Below the pieces are notes generated by a model, which saw only the letters and a program-made list of their open reading frames with translations, had not been told where the DNA came from and ran no database searches. Both the position numbers and the translations under genes were made by a program. A stretch of DNA of 25,805 nt from a virus (lineage: Duplodnaviria > Caudoviricetes), in the IMG/VR virus record IMGVR_UViG_3300049172_000013, positions 1 through 25,805 of that record; one strand, given 5' to 3'. How positions within the stretch are numbered: the first letter of the stretch is position 1; each line of letters starts with the position of its first letter. Shown one piece after another: positions 16,313 through 25,766 of this stretch.

Positions 16313-16825
16313 ATGGCGCTTTCAACAGCTTTGGAGGAAGCCTACGCGGCAGTTGACGTGTCGGGCGATGTCTACGACACGATCGAAATCGACCACCCGA
16401 CCTTCGGCGCGCCGCTGCGGTTTGTCCGGGGCCGGCGCATCCTCGGCGTTTACGAGACGGTCAATCTGCCTACGGCTGGCAACCCGTCCACGCCGTTTAC
16501 GGTGGTGGATTTTAGCTTCACGCGCCCGGGGCACGAAGAGGGCGGCGTCACCAAGGCGAAGATCACGATCGACAACGTCTCGCAGATTTTGCAGGGCGTT
16601 CTGCGCGAGTCGATCTCGTCCGATCAGGCGTTCCGCGTGATTTATCGCGCTTACTCCACGAACGACGTCAATAACCCGGAAGTCTATAGCGGACTCCGCA
16701 TGGGCTCGGTGTCGGTGTCTGCTTTGTCCGCGACGGGTGACCTTTATTACGAGGAGGTCGAAATGCAGGCGTTCCCCAAACTGACCTACAGCCTCGACGA
16801 CTATCCGGCGCTCTATGGCCAGTGA
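16313..16825 (+). CDS. tail tip protein (DUF1833 / gpL-like)
   Basis: ALEEAYA, TIEIDHP, KITIDNVS, YPALY. Confidence 0.8.
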   Translation: MALSTALEEAYAAVDVSGDVYDTIEIDHPTFGAPLRFVRGRRILGVYETVNLPTAGNPSTPFTVVDFSFTRPGHEEGGVTKAKITIDNVSQILQGVLRESISSDQAFRVIYRAYSTNDVNNPEVYSGLRMGSVSVSALSATGDLYYEEVEMQAFPKLTYSLDDYPALYGQ

Positions 16826-17237
16826 GGTCTCTGCCGTAAACGCCGCCACCTTCGCCAACAGCGTCATAGGCGAGCCCTACAGCAAGACAGGACTGCATTG
16901 CTGGGAGCTGGTGCGCAGGACGCAGGCCGCGGTGTTCGGCCGCGTTTTGCCGGCCATCCTAGAGGCGCCAAGCAACCGCCTTGCGCTGGCCCGCCTCATG
17001 GCCCGGCGCCACGACTATGCCGGCTGGGCGCCCGCCCAAGCCCAGCACGGCGCAGTCGTCTTCATGACGCGACGCGGCCATGGCCCGTCACGCGCTGCCA
17101 TCCACGCCGGCACCTACCTCGCGCTTGATGGTGGCGGGGTTCTGCACACGGACGATCCGCACGGCGTCGTTTTTGAGACGCTGGCCGAATTGAGCGCCCG
17201 CAACTGGGCTGACCTGAGTTTTTACGTCCCCACATGA
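16815..17237 (+). CDS. NlpC/P60-family tail protein (gpK position)
   Basis: IGEPY...GLHCWELV, IHAGTY, VLHT: Cys/His/His catalytic pattern. Confidence 0.85.
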   Translation: MASEVSAVNAATFANSVIGEPYSKTGLHCWELVRRTQAAVFGRVLPAILEAPSNRLALARLMARRHDYAGWAPAQAQHGAVVFMTRRGHGPSRAAIHAGTYLALDGGGVLHTDDPHGVVFETLAELSARNWADLSFYVPT

Positions 17238-20200
17238 CCCAAATTCATTTCAGGCGCTGCGACGGCGAGTCTGCTGGCTCGCCGATCGAACTCCCGCGCG
17301 CGCGTCGCAGGCTGTCGACGCTTGTCCGCCGTCACGCGGATTCCTCGCGGCCGTTCGTCGTGAGCGTGCACCGCAAGACGCATCCTCTTGCCGTCACGGA
17401 CTTTAGCGTTCGGCTGCGCAAGGACTGGCGCAACACCACGCTCGGCCCGCACGACACCATCATCATTGTCTACCTGCCGCGCGGCGGTGCCAGCGCAGGC
17501 GGTGGCGGCGGTGGTTCAGGCAAGGGCCTGGCCATTGGCATGATCGTGGCGACTGTCGCGCTTGCGGCGCTCGGCCAGTTCTGGGCGATCGGCGCCATCA
17601 ACGGCGCAATGGGCCTCGCTGCCACCAGCGCGGTCGGCTCAACCATCTGGGCGGCCGGCACGGCTGCACTGCTCGCCGGCAGCGCCTATCTGCTGTCGAA
17701 GGCCACGCAGGCCAAGGCCAACACGACGGACGACCGCCCGGTTTACGGCGTCTCCGGCGGCGGCAACCAGCCACGCACGGGCGACCGTATTCCCGTGTTG
17801 TACGGCCGCTGCTGGAATACACCCGACCTTAGCCAGCCGGATTATACCGTCTACGATGGCGAGGATCAGGTGCTTTACAAGCGCCTGACGCTTGGCTGCG
17901 GCAAGTATGCGGTCAAGTCCGTGCGCGTGTCCGGTGTGACCATGTGGACGGATGACGGTGGTTTGACGCCGCCGTTTGTATCCGCCGGCATTGAGGTAAT
18001 CCAGCCGGGGGCGACGTCGTCGCTTGTGCCGGGCCAGGTCGCCAGCGTTCAGGCTGTCGGCAGCAACGAACTCCCGCGCGCGACTGACTTCCCCGCACAT
18101 GCCGGGCCGTTTGATTTCGGGTCCGGAGCCCCGCTGCAGACGCGTATTCAGATCGATTTTTCGCTGCCGCAGGGCTGCTATGCAGTTCCGGACGGCGGCA
18201 AGTTCGAAGGTAAGCAGTTCCCCGCCAATTGGGGCGTGCACTTCCAATACGCGCCCTGTGACATCGACGGCACGCCCACCGGCGCGTGGGCAACGCTTTA
18301 CCAAGAGACTGCATACGTCCTCTCGACGCGCGCGATGCGGTTTACGCGCTTCGTTGACCTGCCTCTCGGCCGCTACACGTTCAGGGCGCAGAATACAGGC
18401 GACGCAGAGTCTCTACCCAACCCGGCGGGGTTCAACGCCCTCGCAACCAATACTGTCATTTGGGAGGGGCTTCGGGCTCATATTCCACAGGCAGCCGTTC
18501 GCCCGGGCGTGACGGAACTGGCGCTGCGTATTCGCTCTGGCCAGTCGCTTGGCGTCACGTCCTACGGCGAGGTCGAAGTTGAGACCAGCCGCATTCTCCC
18601 GATATGGGACGGTGGTGCGTGGACGGATGGGGAAACCGACAAGGCCGTATGGGCTATGGCCGATATCCTGCGGGATCAGCGCCATGGCGCAGGCATTGCC
18701 GATAGCGCAATCGATCTCGCCAGGCTCCTGCACTACTACGGCACGCTGACGGATTATGACTCGTTCAGCGGCGTTATCCGCGGCCCGATCTCTGTCTACG
18801 AGGCGCTGACGACGGTTCTCGGCACCATGCGCGCTTCGCCGCTGCGGCTGGGAAACTCATGGACGCTGGTTCGCGACGAGCCACGAAGCGTGCGCAAGCA
18901 CGTCATCTCGCGCCGCCAGATCATGAAAGACTCCGAAGGGCAGACCTTCAACCTTGATCTGTCGGACGGCTCCGCAGACGTCATTGTCGAATGGCTGGCT
19001 GAAGGCGATCCGCGCAGGCTTCGGTCGCATCGCGTCACCTTCGGGACGCAGACCAGCACGCCGCGGCGCATGATGGCTACGGGCGTCACGGACGCGGCGC
19101 ACGCCATCCATATCGCGACCTGGGCGGCGGCTACGGCTTACTACCGCCGCGAGCGCCGCAGCGTCACGACTGAGTTGGCCGGGCGGCTTTTGCTGCCGAA
19201 CGACAAGGCGATGATTGACGCCTGGTACTTCGACGCTACGGAAGCCGTTGGCGCTCTGTCTCGAGACGGATTGCGGCTTACGATCGATTGCGCGGACGAG
19301 GCGCTGACGCTTCCAGCTGCGCCCTACGCCATTCTGCGCGCGCGCGACGGTAAGGAGTGGGGGCCGGTCGGCGTTTCGCTGGTCGGCGATACCCTGACGC
19401 TTGATACCGCGGACGTGGCGCAGGCAGAGTCGCTGTCCGGTCTGACGCTGGCGCAAGTGCTCAATACGGCCACTCAAGCCTCAACGTCAGTCGTCATCGG
19501 CACGTTGGCCGAAGCGCAGGACGCATGGCTGATCCGGTCGGTTCAGTTCAGCGGCGACAGCAACGTCAATATTGAGGCCGTCTTTGACGCGCCACAGGTT
19601 TGGTCCGCGCTGGCCGAGTCGATCATCGCCCCGCCGCCCCCGCCTTCCTCTGGGTTGGAAAACGAGGCGTCGGTAACTGTCCCGTATATCCGGGCAACGG
19701 CCGTCCAGCGCAACGCTGCGATGTTCGTGGACTGGACGTGTGGACGCGCTCGCGATGCCGCCACCTATGTCGTGCGCATTAGCTACGACGACTGGGCGAC
19801 TTCGGAGGAAATACACCGGGGCGCGGCGTCGTCCGGATCGTATCCGCTTCGCGAGTTCTTGGGCACGATCCGCATTCGCGCCAAGGGGATATCGTCGAGC
19901 GGGTTTGTTAGCCCGGAGGTGGAGACCGCGTTTAGCTGCGCGCCTGCGCTCATCGACGCTGGCAACGCCATCCATGGCTCGTTGGCAATCGAGGCGTTCA
20001 CAGACGCGATCGAGCCGGTTGGGCTGGTCGACGGCTTGCCTGATCCGTTCGGCTATACGCGGCCGAGCGTGGTCCTGAATATTCAGGACCAGAAGATGTA
20101 CCGCCTAGAAGACGGCAACTGGGTGCCGGTCGTCAACGCGCTGGATCTAGTTGGCGAAATCACGGAAACGCAGATTGCGGATGACGCAATCAGCACGCCA

Positions 20201-20533
20201 AAGCTGCAGGCTAACGCTGTTACGGCGGACCAGATTGCCGCCAACGCGGTCGTTGCGGGCAAGATCGCGGCGAACGCCGTCACGGCGGGCGTTATCCAGG
20301 CAGGCGCGGTATCTGCCGACAAGATCAACGTTACCAAAATCGACGCTATCAGCGCCGACCTTGGCGACATCACAGCAGGCTCGCTCAACATCAACGGCCG
20401 CTTTCTGGTCGCAGCCAACGGCACAGTGACGATCAGTAATGCGTCTACCGGCGCTCGTCTCGTTATCACAAACAGCCTTCTGCAAGTTTATGACGCCAGC
20501 AACGTGCTGCGCGTTCGTTTGGGTATCTGGTAA
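17234..20533 (+). CDS. central tail tip / host-specificity protein (gpJ-like) with fused gpI-like N-terminus
   Basis: 1099 aa; GDRIPVLYG, AVWAMADIL, FN3-like segment, decapeptide repeats, C-terminal LRVRLGIW. Confidence 0.9.
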   Translation: MTQIHFRRCDGESAGSPIELPRARRRLSTLVRRHADSSRPFVVSVHRKTHPLAVTDFSVRLRKDWRNTTLGPHDTIIIVYLPRGGASAGGGGGGSGKGLAIGMIVATVALAALGQFWAIGAINGAMGLAATSAVGSTIWAAGTAALLAGSAYLLSKATQAKANTTDDRPVYGVSGGGNQPRTGDRIPVLYGRCWNTPDLSQPDYTVYDGEDQVLYKRLTLGCGKYAVKSVRVSGVTMWTDDGGLTPPFVSAGIEVIQPGATSSLVPGQVASVQAVGSNELPRATDFPAHAGPFDFGSGAPLQTRIQIDFSLPQGCYAVPDGGKFEGKQFPANWGVHFQYAPCDIDGTPTGAWATLYQETAYVLSTRAMRFTRFVDLPLGRYTFRAQNTGDAESLPNPAGFNALATNTVIWEGLRAHIPQAAVRPGVTELALRIRSGQSLGVTSYGEVEVETSRILPIWDGGAWTDGETDKAVWAMADILRDQRHGAGIADSAIDLARLLHYYGTLTDYDSFSGVIRGPISVYEALTTVLGTMRASPLRLGNSWTLVRDEPRSVRKHVISRRQIMKDSEGQTFNLDLSDGSADVIVEWLAEGDPRRLRSHRVTFGTQTSTPRRMMATGVTDAAHAIHIATWAAATAYYRRERRSVTTELAGRLLLPNDKAMIDAWYFDATEAVGALSRDGLRLTIDCADEALTLPAAPYAILRARDGKEWGPVGVSLVGDTLTLDTADVAQAESLSGLTLAQVLNTATQASTSVVIGTLAEAQDAWLIRSVQFSGDSNVNIEAVFDAPQVWSALAESIIAPPPPPSSGLENEASVTVPYIRATAVQRNAAMFVDWTCGRARDAATYVVRISYDDWATSEEIHRGAASSGSYPLREFLGTIRIRAKGISSSGFVSPEVETAFSCAPALIDAGNAIHGSLAIEAFTDAIEPVGLVDGLPDPFGYTRPSVVLNIQDQKMYRLEDGNWVPVVNALDLVGEITETQIADDAISTPKLQANAVTADQIAANAVVAGKIAANAVTAGVIQAGAVSADKINVTKIDAISADLGDITAGSLNINGRFLVAANGTVTISNASTGARLVITNSLLQVYDASNVLRVRLGIW
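20160..20326 (+). repeat. 10-aa protein repeats in the tip protein
   Basis: ADDAISTPKL QANAVTADQI AANAVVAGKI AANAVTAGVI QAGAVSADKI. Confidence 0.8.
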
Positions 20534-20836
20534 ATGCCGCAGGGACTCCAAGTATTCGACCAGTTCGGCAATCTTAAGGTCGACTTGGGAGACCGCATTT
20601 TGCGGTTCCTCGGCGAGATCGTCGTCGGCCCGGGCCCTGTTTCGGGGTCTGTGGTGAATGACGGCCTTCTTACAGGCACGCCGTTTCAGATCGTACAGAT
20701 GATGTCGAACGACGGCATAGCCTACTGGCCCGGCGAGGGGCTTATCGCCTGCTCGGTCTCGTTCTCCGGCAACACGATGTTCTACTCGATGAACTCCGGC
20801 CAGCCGACGCAGCGTATCCAGTTCGGGGCATATTGA
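20534..20836 (+). CDS. tail tip accessory protein
   Basis: MPQGLQVFDQFG...IQFGAY; abuts the gpJ stop. Confidence 0.8.
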   Translation: MPQGLQVFDQFGNLKVDLGDRILRFLGEIVVGPGPVSGSVVNDGLLTGTPFQIVQMMSNDGIAYWPGEGLIACSVSFSGNTMFYSMNSGQPTQRIQFGAY

Positions 20837-21525
20837 TGGTAGCCGGTCTAGCAATTGTGAACGACTACGGCACCACGCAGGTCGACGAGACTTGGCGGAA
20901 CATGGGCTTCCGGCAGAAGATGCCAGTCAATATCGACGTCCCCACGACATCACCTCCGATACCGGCGGGCTATGGCGGGCAACCTTATCAGCTAGTGGTG
21001 TCGGGGACGGCCTCTTTGCTGATCGCGTGCAAGGCGACCGTCCTACTTCCGGTCATGCTGCACTCCTATTACGACGGGGCGAACTGGACGTTCAACTGGC
21101 TCTTCTGCAACGAATTCGGGGGCGTCCACGGTAACGAAACGGTCGAATTCTACGTGTTCGACGTGCTACCGTCCGGCGGCTTCTCGAATGTCGGGCTTGA
21201 GGTCTTCAACACGCTCGGGCAGCGCGTCTTCCACAGCGACATGGAGCCGATGAGGGTCGGCTATGGCGGCGCTGGCGTGCAGCCCTGCAATACCGGGTTC
21301 AGCGGGGCCGGCGGACGGGTCTATGCGCCGCTGATCATGCTCAACCCGATTTACGGCGTCAATATGGGGGGCGTGACTGGATTCCGCCTCCACGCCCATA
21401 GCTTGCGCGCCAGCGGGTCCAGCATCGTGTCCAAGAGCAACGTCCCGCTCGGCGCGTTCGGCGCCTCGGGCGCCTACGATAATTCGGGGCTCTACGCCGC
21501 GATCGACGTGACAGGGCTTTCCTAG
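20836..21525 (+). CDS. tail tip accessory / receptor-binding-associated protein
   Basis: AGLAIVND...EFYVFD...VGLEVFN..GQRVFHSD...IDVTGL; TGATG coupling. Confidence 0.75.
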   Translation: MVAGLAIVNDYGTTQVDETWRNMGFRQKMPVNIDVPTTSPPIPAGYGGQPYQLVVSGTASLLIACKATVLLPVMLHSYYDGANWTFNWLFCNEFGGVHGNETVEFYVFDVLPSGGFSNVGLEVFNTLGQRVFHSDMEPMRVGYGGAGVQPCNTGFSGAGGRVYAPLIMLNPIYGVNMGGVTGFRLHAHSLRASGSSIVSKSNVPLGAFGASGAYDNSGLYAAIDVTGLS

Positions 21526-21560
21526 CCCGCCGCAGCCGCCTTCCAGCTTCGCCCAATTCA

Positions 21561-21583
21561 GCCGCCTTCGGGCGGCATTTTTT
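21561..21583 (+). terminator. intrinsic terminator before the tail fibre gene
   Basis: GCCGCC-TTCG-GGCGGC-ATTTTTT. Confidence 0.75.
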
Positions 21584-21594
21584 ATGGATTCACC

Positions 21595-23367
21595 ATGACC
21601 AATACGATTGCGGTCTTCCAGATATCGACGGAAGAAGACCTGCGCTTTCAACTTGATTTTACGGGCTTGAACCTGACCGGCCGCACGCTCAAGGTCAATG
21701 TTCGTGAGCGTTCGTCGAATACGCTAAAGGTCGCGCTGGTCGCGCCGACCTACATGACGCTGGTAGGCGCTGGCAACCTGACGGTCTTTTATCCTAAAGC
21801 GTCTATGGCGAGTTGGGCGGTTGGGGAATATGAGGCCGACGTAGTCGACGAGACGGGTGGTTCCTTCACCCGCATTATGGCGGTGCGCTTCGTCTACAAC
21901 CAGCCCGGGCGGTTGGTCTATGGCGTTCGGGGCAATCAGGCCACGGTCAACTGGGGCGGCAACCAGGCTGTCGTGACTGCGATTGGTGGCGTTGGCCCCC
22001 CGGGGCCTGTGAACGTGTTGACAATCGGCACGGTCGAGACGCTCGACACGGGCGAGCCGGCGACTGCCGAAATCACGGGAGACGCGCCGGTTCAGGAGCT
22101 TAACCTTGGGCTGCCGCGCGGCAACACAGGGGCCGCCGCAACAATCGCTGTTGGCGACGTCACCACTGGCGCGCCAGGCAGCTCCGCCAGCGTAACCAAT
22201 AGCGGCACGTCCGGTGCCGCCGTGTTCGATTTCATCATTCCCCGCGGCGACGTCGGCGACCAAGGCATTCAGGGCCAAAAGGGCTGGTCTCCCGAGCTTG
22301 CCGCCGTTGTCGACGGCGCGCGACGCGTGCATCAGGTCGTCGATTGGGCAGGCGGCGAAGGCACGAAACCGGCGGTTGGCGATTACGTTGGCGCTACGGG
22401 TCTGGTGCCCGATATCGCTGACGCTGTCGACATTCGCGGCGCTCCTGGGGCGTCTGTTGGGCCGGGGAGTATCGGCACGCCGGAGCTGGCCGACGGCGCT
22501 GTCACGTTCGCCAAGGTCGCCTCAGCCGCTATCGCGAATCAGGCTGCCAATGAGGCCGGCGCATCGGGCGTTCTGCTAACAACGCCGCTGGGCGTCGCTC
22601 AACACGTTGACGCGCGCATCGGCATTGCTGACGGCGATATCGTCGTAGTTCAGACAGGCGGAAAGCTGCCGGCTCTCGACGGATCCGATCTAACCGGCGT
22701 GAGCCCGGACGGCGCGATCCTCTGGACGGGTGCGCAGACGCTTACCGATCCGCAGAAGCTGCAGGCGCGGCAGAATGCGGGAATCAGCCCTGACGGTGAT
22801 GTTCTCGCCGTAGCGGCCTCGGCGGCCGCACAGCGGACGCATCTCGGGCAGAAATGGGTCACGGTCTATGATCAGACCGTTGCCGGCTCTGCGGTCGCTG
22901 CGATCGATATTCCTCTGACGGGTGGATACACGCTCTACCGATTGACTGCGGATATTGTGCCAAACTCAGCCGTCTCTGATTTTTCGACGCTTTTCCGCAT
23001 CAGCAAGGATGGCGGCGCGACTTATTTGGCGGGAGCGTCCGACTACCTGTATTGGGGCGGTGTCGACAGCGGCGTCTATAGCGGCATCGCTCAGTCGCTC
23101 AACTCGTTTGGCTATCTCGGCTGGCTGATGGATACGGGCCTCGTCGCTGTCGGCGGGAACGTCGTCGTCGGAATCAGGCAGGGCTCAGCGGGCAAGCGAT
23201 TTACGACGCTTTCGCGTTCAACCACCTTCGACGGAATTAACGGCTGCCTCGCGAGTTTCGGCTGCCTCGCTGCCGCAACCGGAGCGGCAACGCATCTGCG
23301 CATTTTCACGAGTGTAGGCGGTAACGCCTACGATGTTGGAACGCGCATCATCGTGGAGGGGGGCTAA
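21595..23367 (+). CDS. tail fibre / receptor-binding protein
   Basis: N-terminal anchoring (BppU-like) beta domain, short G-X-Y collagen-like segments, AQTLTDPQKLQARQN motif, C-terminal beta domain. Confidence 0.8.
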   Translation: MTNTIAVFQISTEEDLRFQLDFTGLNLTGRTLKVNVRERSSNTLKVALVAPTYMTLVGAGNLTVFYPKASMASWAVGEYEADVVDETGGSFTRIMAVRFVYNQPGRLVYGVRGNQATVNWGGNQAVVTAIGGVGPPGPVNVLTIGTVETLDTGEPATAEITGDAPVQELNLGLPRGNTGAAATIAVGDVTTGAPGSSASVTNSGTSGAAVFDFIIPRGDVGDQGIQGQKGWSPELAAVVDGARRVHQVVDWAGGEGTKPAVGDYVGATGLVPDIADAVDIRGAPGASVGPGSIGTPELADGAVTFAKVASAAIANQAANEAGASGVLLTTPLGVAQHVDARIGIADGDIVVVQTGGKLPALDGSDLTGVSPDGAILWTGAQTLTDPQKLQARQNAGISPDGDVLAVAASAAAQRTHLGQKWVTVYDQTVAGSAVAAIDIPLTGGYTLYRLTADIVPNSAVSDFSTLFRISKDGGATYLAGASDYLYWGGVDSGVYSGIAQSLNSFGYLGWLMDTGLVAVGGNVVVGIRQGSAGKRFTTLSRSTTFDGINGCLASFGCLAAATGAATHLRIFTSVGGNAYDVGTRIIVEGG

Positions 23368-23732
23368 TGCCTATCGTGTGGCGTGACGGCGAGGCCGTCG
23401 ATATCTCTGACGAGGAGTTTGGGCCGATACCTGTTCTTCCAAATCCCGCGCCCGCCGCAATCTCTGATCGGCAGTTCGCACAAGGCTTGGCGGCTGCTGG
23501 GATGATCAGCGAGGCGGAGGCGGAGGAGTGGGTTGGGCCCGGTATCGTGCCGGCGGTGCTGCTCGCCCTCGTCGAGGGCCTCCCTGATGGCGGGCGTTTC
23601 GCGGCGCGGATGCTGCTGCGTGGCGCTACCAGTTTCGAGCGGTCTCATCCGCTGACCAATGTGCTCGCCGCAGCCTATGGTTGGACGGCAGAGCAGACCG
23701 ATCAGTTCTGGCGCGAGTGCGCTTTGCTGTAA
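23367..23732 (+). CDS. putative tail fibre assembly protein
   Basis: TAATG coupling; ISDRQFAQGL...ATSFERSHPL...EQTDQFW pattern typical of post-fibre ORFs. Confidence 0.7.
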   Translation: MPIVWRDGEAVDISDEEFGPIPVLPNPAPAAISDRQFAQGLAAAGMISEAEAEEWVGPGIVPAVLLALVEGLPDGGRFAARMLLRGATSFERSHPLTNVLAAAYGWTAEQTDQFWRECALL

Positions 23733-23787
23733 CAGCTCATCGGAGCATATCGGGCGGGATCAGAACGAGCATCATCAGTACCGCCAT

Positions 23788-23883
23788 GCAGCTTCGACGG
23801 TTTACATGAACGGCTCTCCTGCTGGCCGCAATTTCGGCGGCGTAGCGGCCTCGGTTCTCAAACTGACCGAGATCAAGGCTTGA
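23788..23883 (+). pseudogene. relict 3' end of another tail fibre gene
   Basis: AASTVYMNGSPAGRNFGGVAASVLKLTEIKA* resembles fibre C-termini; no credible start or RBS. Confidence 0.5.
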
Positions 23884-23920
23884 CGGATGTCCATCTTAGC
23901 CCCGGCATTTGCCGTACAAC

Positions 23921-24811
23921 TCACCCGCCTGTCTCGTTCCGCAAAGCCTTCCCCGCCAGGGCGCGAATATACGGGTAGTGGCTCCCGGCTATGGCGCGCA
24001 AGGTGTCGAACTTTGCTTGAGGGCTCAGATGTGAGCGCAAATACAAGGCATGTGTCTGCGCGCTGTAGCGAAGAAAGCCCGCGAGCATGGATCGAGATGT
24101 CGCCTTCGCGCTCGAATTGAGGCCGTTGTAGATCAGCGTCGCGGAGGGGGTGAACCGCAGTCCGCCTGCGAGAAACGCACCGTGCAGGAAGACGCCCTCG
24201 TTGTAGTAGGCGATTTTGGGATCGAAGGCGCGGCTTGGTTCGAGGCTTCTAAGGAAGTCGGTTCTGTAGAGGCCATAGAAAACGTGCCCCCCGCCGAATT
24301 TGCACCAGGCGCGCAGATAGTCCTCGTCGGTTCGGCAACCGGAAAAGTGGACCGACATGATCTTTCGCGACCATGACTGCCGGCCTTCGTCGAAGAAGGC
24401 ATCCACGTCAGGGAATGCCATCTTGGCGGTCGGATCGTCTGTGAACGTTTCGACGAGGGAGGTGATGTAACCGGCCTCGCCTAAAGCATCATCGTCGCCC
24501 AGCCACATGAAATAGTCTGTATCGGCGGCATCCAGCAACGACAGGAAGTTAGCGTTGGCCCCGATGTTTTCCGGGTGTCGGACGTATGAGACGCGGTGGT
24601 CTCGCGAGGCGAATTTGTCGACAACTTCCTTCGTCGCGTGGTCGCTCGCGTTGTCGCTCACCACGATTTTCAGTGACGCATAGTCTTGAGACGTGGCGCT
24701 TTCTAGCGCGGTGCGCAGCGTATCCGGCCGGTTGAACGTGGGGATACCGATCGTCACAGATGGCGGCGCTGAAGCCTTGGCGTGCTCTTTCGCTATCCAC
24801 ATGAGGTTCAT
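23921..24811 (-). CDS. family 2 glycosyltransferase
   Basis: VTIGIPTFNRP, VVSDNASD, NIGANANF, YFMWLGDDD; AGGAG RBS. Confidence 0.93.
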   Translation of the reverse strand: MNLMWIAKEHAKASAPPSVTIGIPTFNRPDTLRTALESATSQDYASLKIVVSDNASDHATKEVVDKFASRDHRVSYVRHPENIGANANFLSLLDAADTDYFMWLGDDDALGEAGYITSLVETFTDDPTAKMAFPDVDAFFDEGRQSWSRKIMSVHFSGCRTDEDYLRAWCKFGGGHVFYGLYRTDFLRSLEPSRAFDPKIAYYNEGVFLHGAFLAGGLRFTPSATLIYNGLNSSAKATSRSMLAGFLRYSAQTHALYLRSHLSPQAKFDTLRAIAGSHYPYIRALAGKALRNETGG

Positions 24812-24860
24812 CGGGTCAGGCTCCTGAGCTGGCTGGATCGCCGGGCGCGGAAAATAGCCT

Positions 24861-25766
24861 TCAGGCCGTAAGCCGGGCGTCTTTGGCTTTCTTTATCCGG
24901 ACCCAGTGCGCGCAATCCTGGCAAGGTTTGCTGTTGACCTCATTGCGGATGTGCCGCTCTCGTTCAGCCTGAACCTCGTCGTTCCAAATATCGCTCAGCG
25001 ACTTTTGGTGGACGGTCGGGAGACCTGACTGAAGCTTGTAGTCGAAGCAGCAGTAGATCGGGCTCCCGCGGTCGCTGATCGACAGCACGTTCCAAAGGAA
25101 ATGACATCCCATAGGAGGTTCTGCGGCCTCAGCTTGTGGGGCTTCTGGCGCGGGGTTAAACCCGAACTCAGGGGGGATATCCATCTGGCCTACCCAATTA
25201 TCCAACTGGATCACTTGGCATTCGTCAGCAACACCCGCCCACATCTCTTTGAACGTGCTGATCTCAGACCGCGTCAGGTCGCTTTCGATGCAGTGGATCT
25301 GCAGTTGGCAGGACGCTCGCAATTCAGTGCGTAGATCATTGAATTTCCGGACGTTGGCAACAACCTTGTCGAAATCCGCGCCGATGCGGATGCGTTCATA
25401 GGTTTCCTTGCTCGCCCCGTCGAAAGATATCTTCATCATGTCAATGCCCGCCTCGAGGAGGGCTTTGGCCTTAGCCTCGTTTAGCAACGTGCCGTTCGTC
25501 GTCATGGCGACGTAGTGTCCGCGCGCCTTCGCGATCTGCACAAACTGGACGAGATTCTTGTTGATCATCGGCTCGCCCATCATCGTCAGACCGATGACGC
25601 GCGGCTTGTCAGATATCTGCTCGATAATACGTTCGAATGTCGCCAGCGGCATGGCTCCCGCTGGCCGGCCGTCCATGTGCGTCTTGTGCGTCGGAACGGG
25701 GCACATCGGGCAACGAAGATTGCACGCCATGGCGGTTTCGATCTGAACGGTATCAGGAAGTTCCAC
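24861..25766 (-). CDS. radical SAM protein with C-terminal SPASM/twitch domain (possibly 5'-truncated)
   Basis: CNLRCPMC, GEP, TTNGTLL, ISFDG; C-terminal CHFLW...CCFD...CQDC; frame stays open to the window edge upstream of GTG 25766. Confidence 0.92.
   Translation of the reverse strand: MELPDTVQIETAMACNLRCPMCPVPTHKTHMDGRPAGAMPLATFERIIEQISDKPRVIGLTMMGEPMINKNLVQFVQIAKARGHYVAMTTNGTLLNEAKAKALLEAGIDMMKISFDGASKETYERIRIGADFDKVVANVRKFNDLRTELRASCQLQIHCIESDLTRSEISTFKEMWAGVADECQVIQLDNWVGQMDIPPEFGFNPAPEAPQAEAAEPPMGCHFLWNVLSISDRGSPIYCCFDYKLQSGLPTVHQKSLSDIWNDEVQAERERHIRNEVNSKPCQDCAHWVRIKKAKDARLTA

Larger units (their letters stand above)
1..23883 (+). mobile_element. HK97/lambda-like tailed phage or prophage late region (packaging, head, neck, long non-contractile tail)
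   Basis: Canonical order HNH-TerS-TerL-portal-protease-capsid-neck-tube-chaperone-tape measure-tip-fibre; no sheath gene; element ends not visible. Confidence 0.95.

Noticed and set aside
21595-23883. Diversity-generating retroelement or invertible fibre system; CRISPR array anywhere in the window
   Set aside because: No reverse transcriptase, invertase, template repeat or regularly spaced repeats seen
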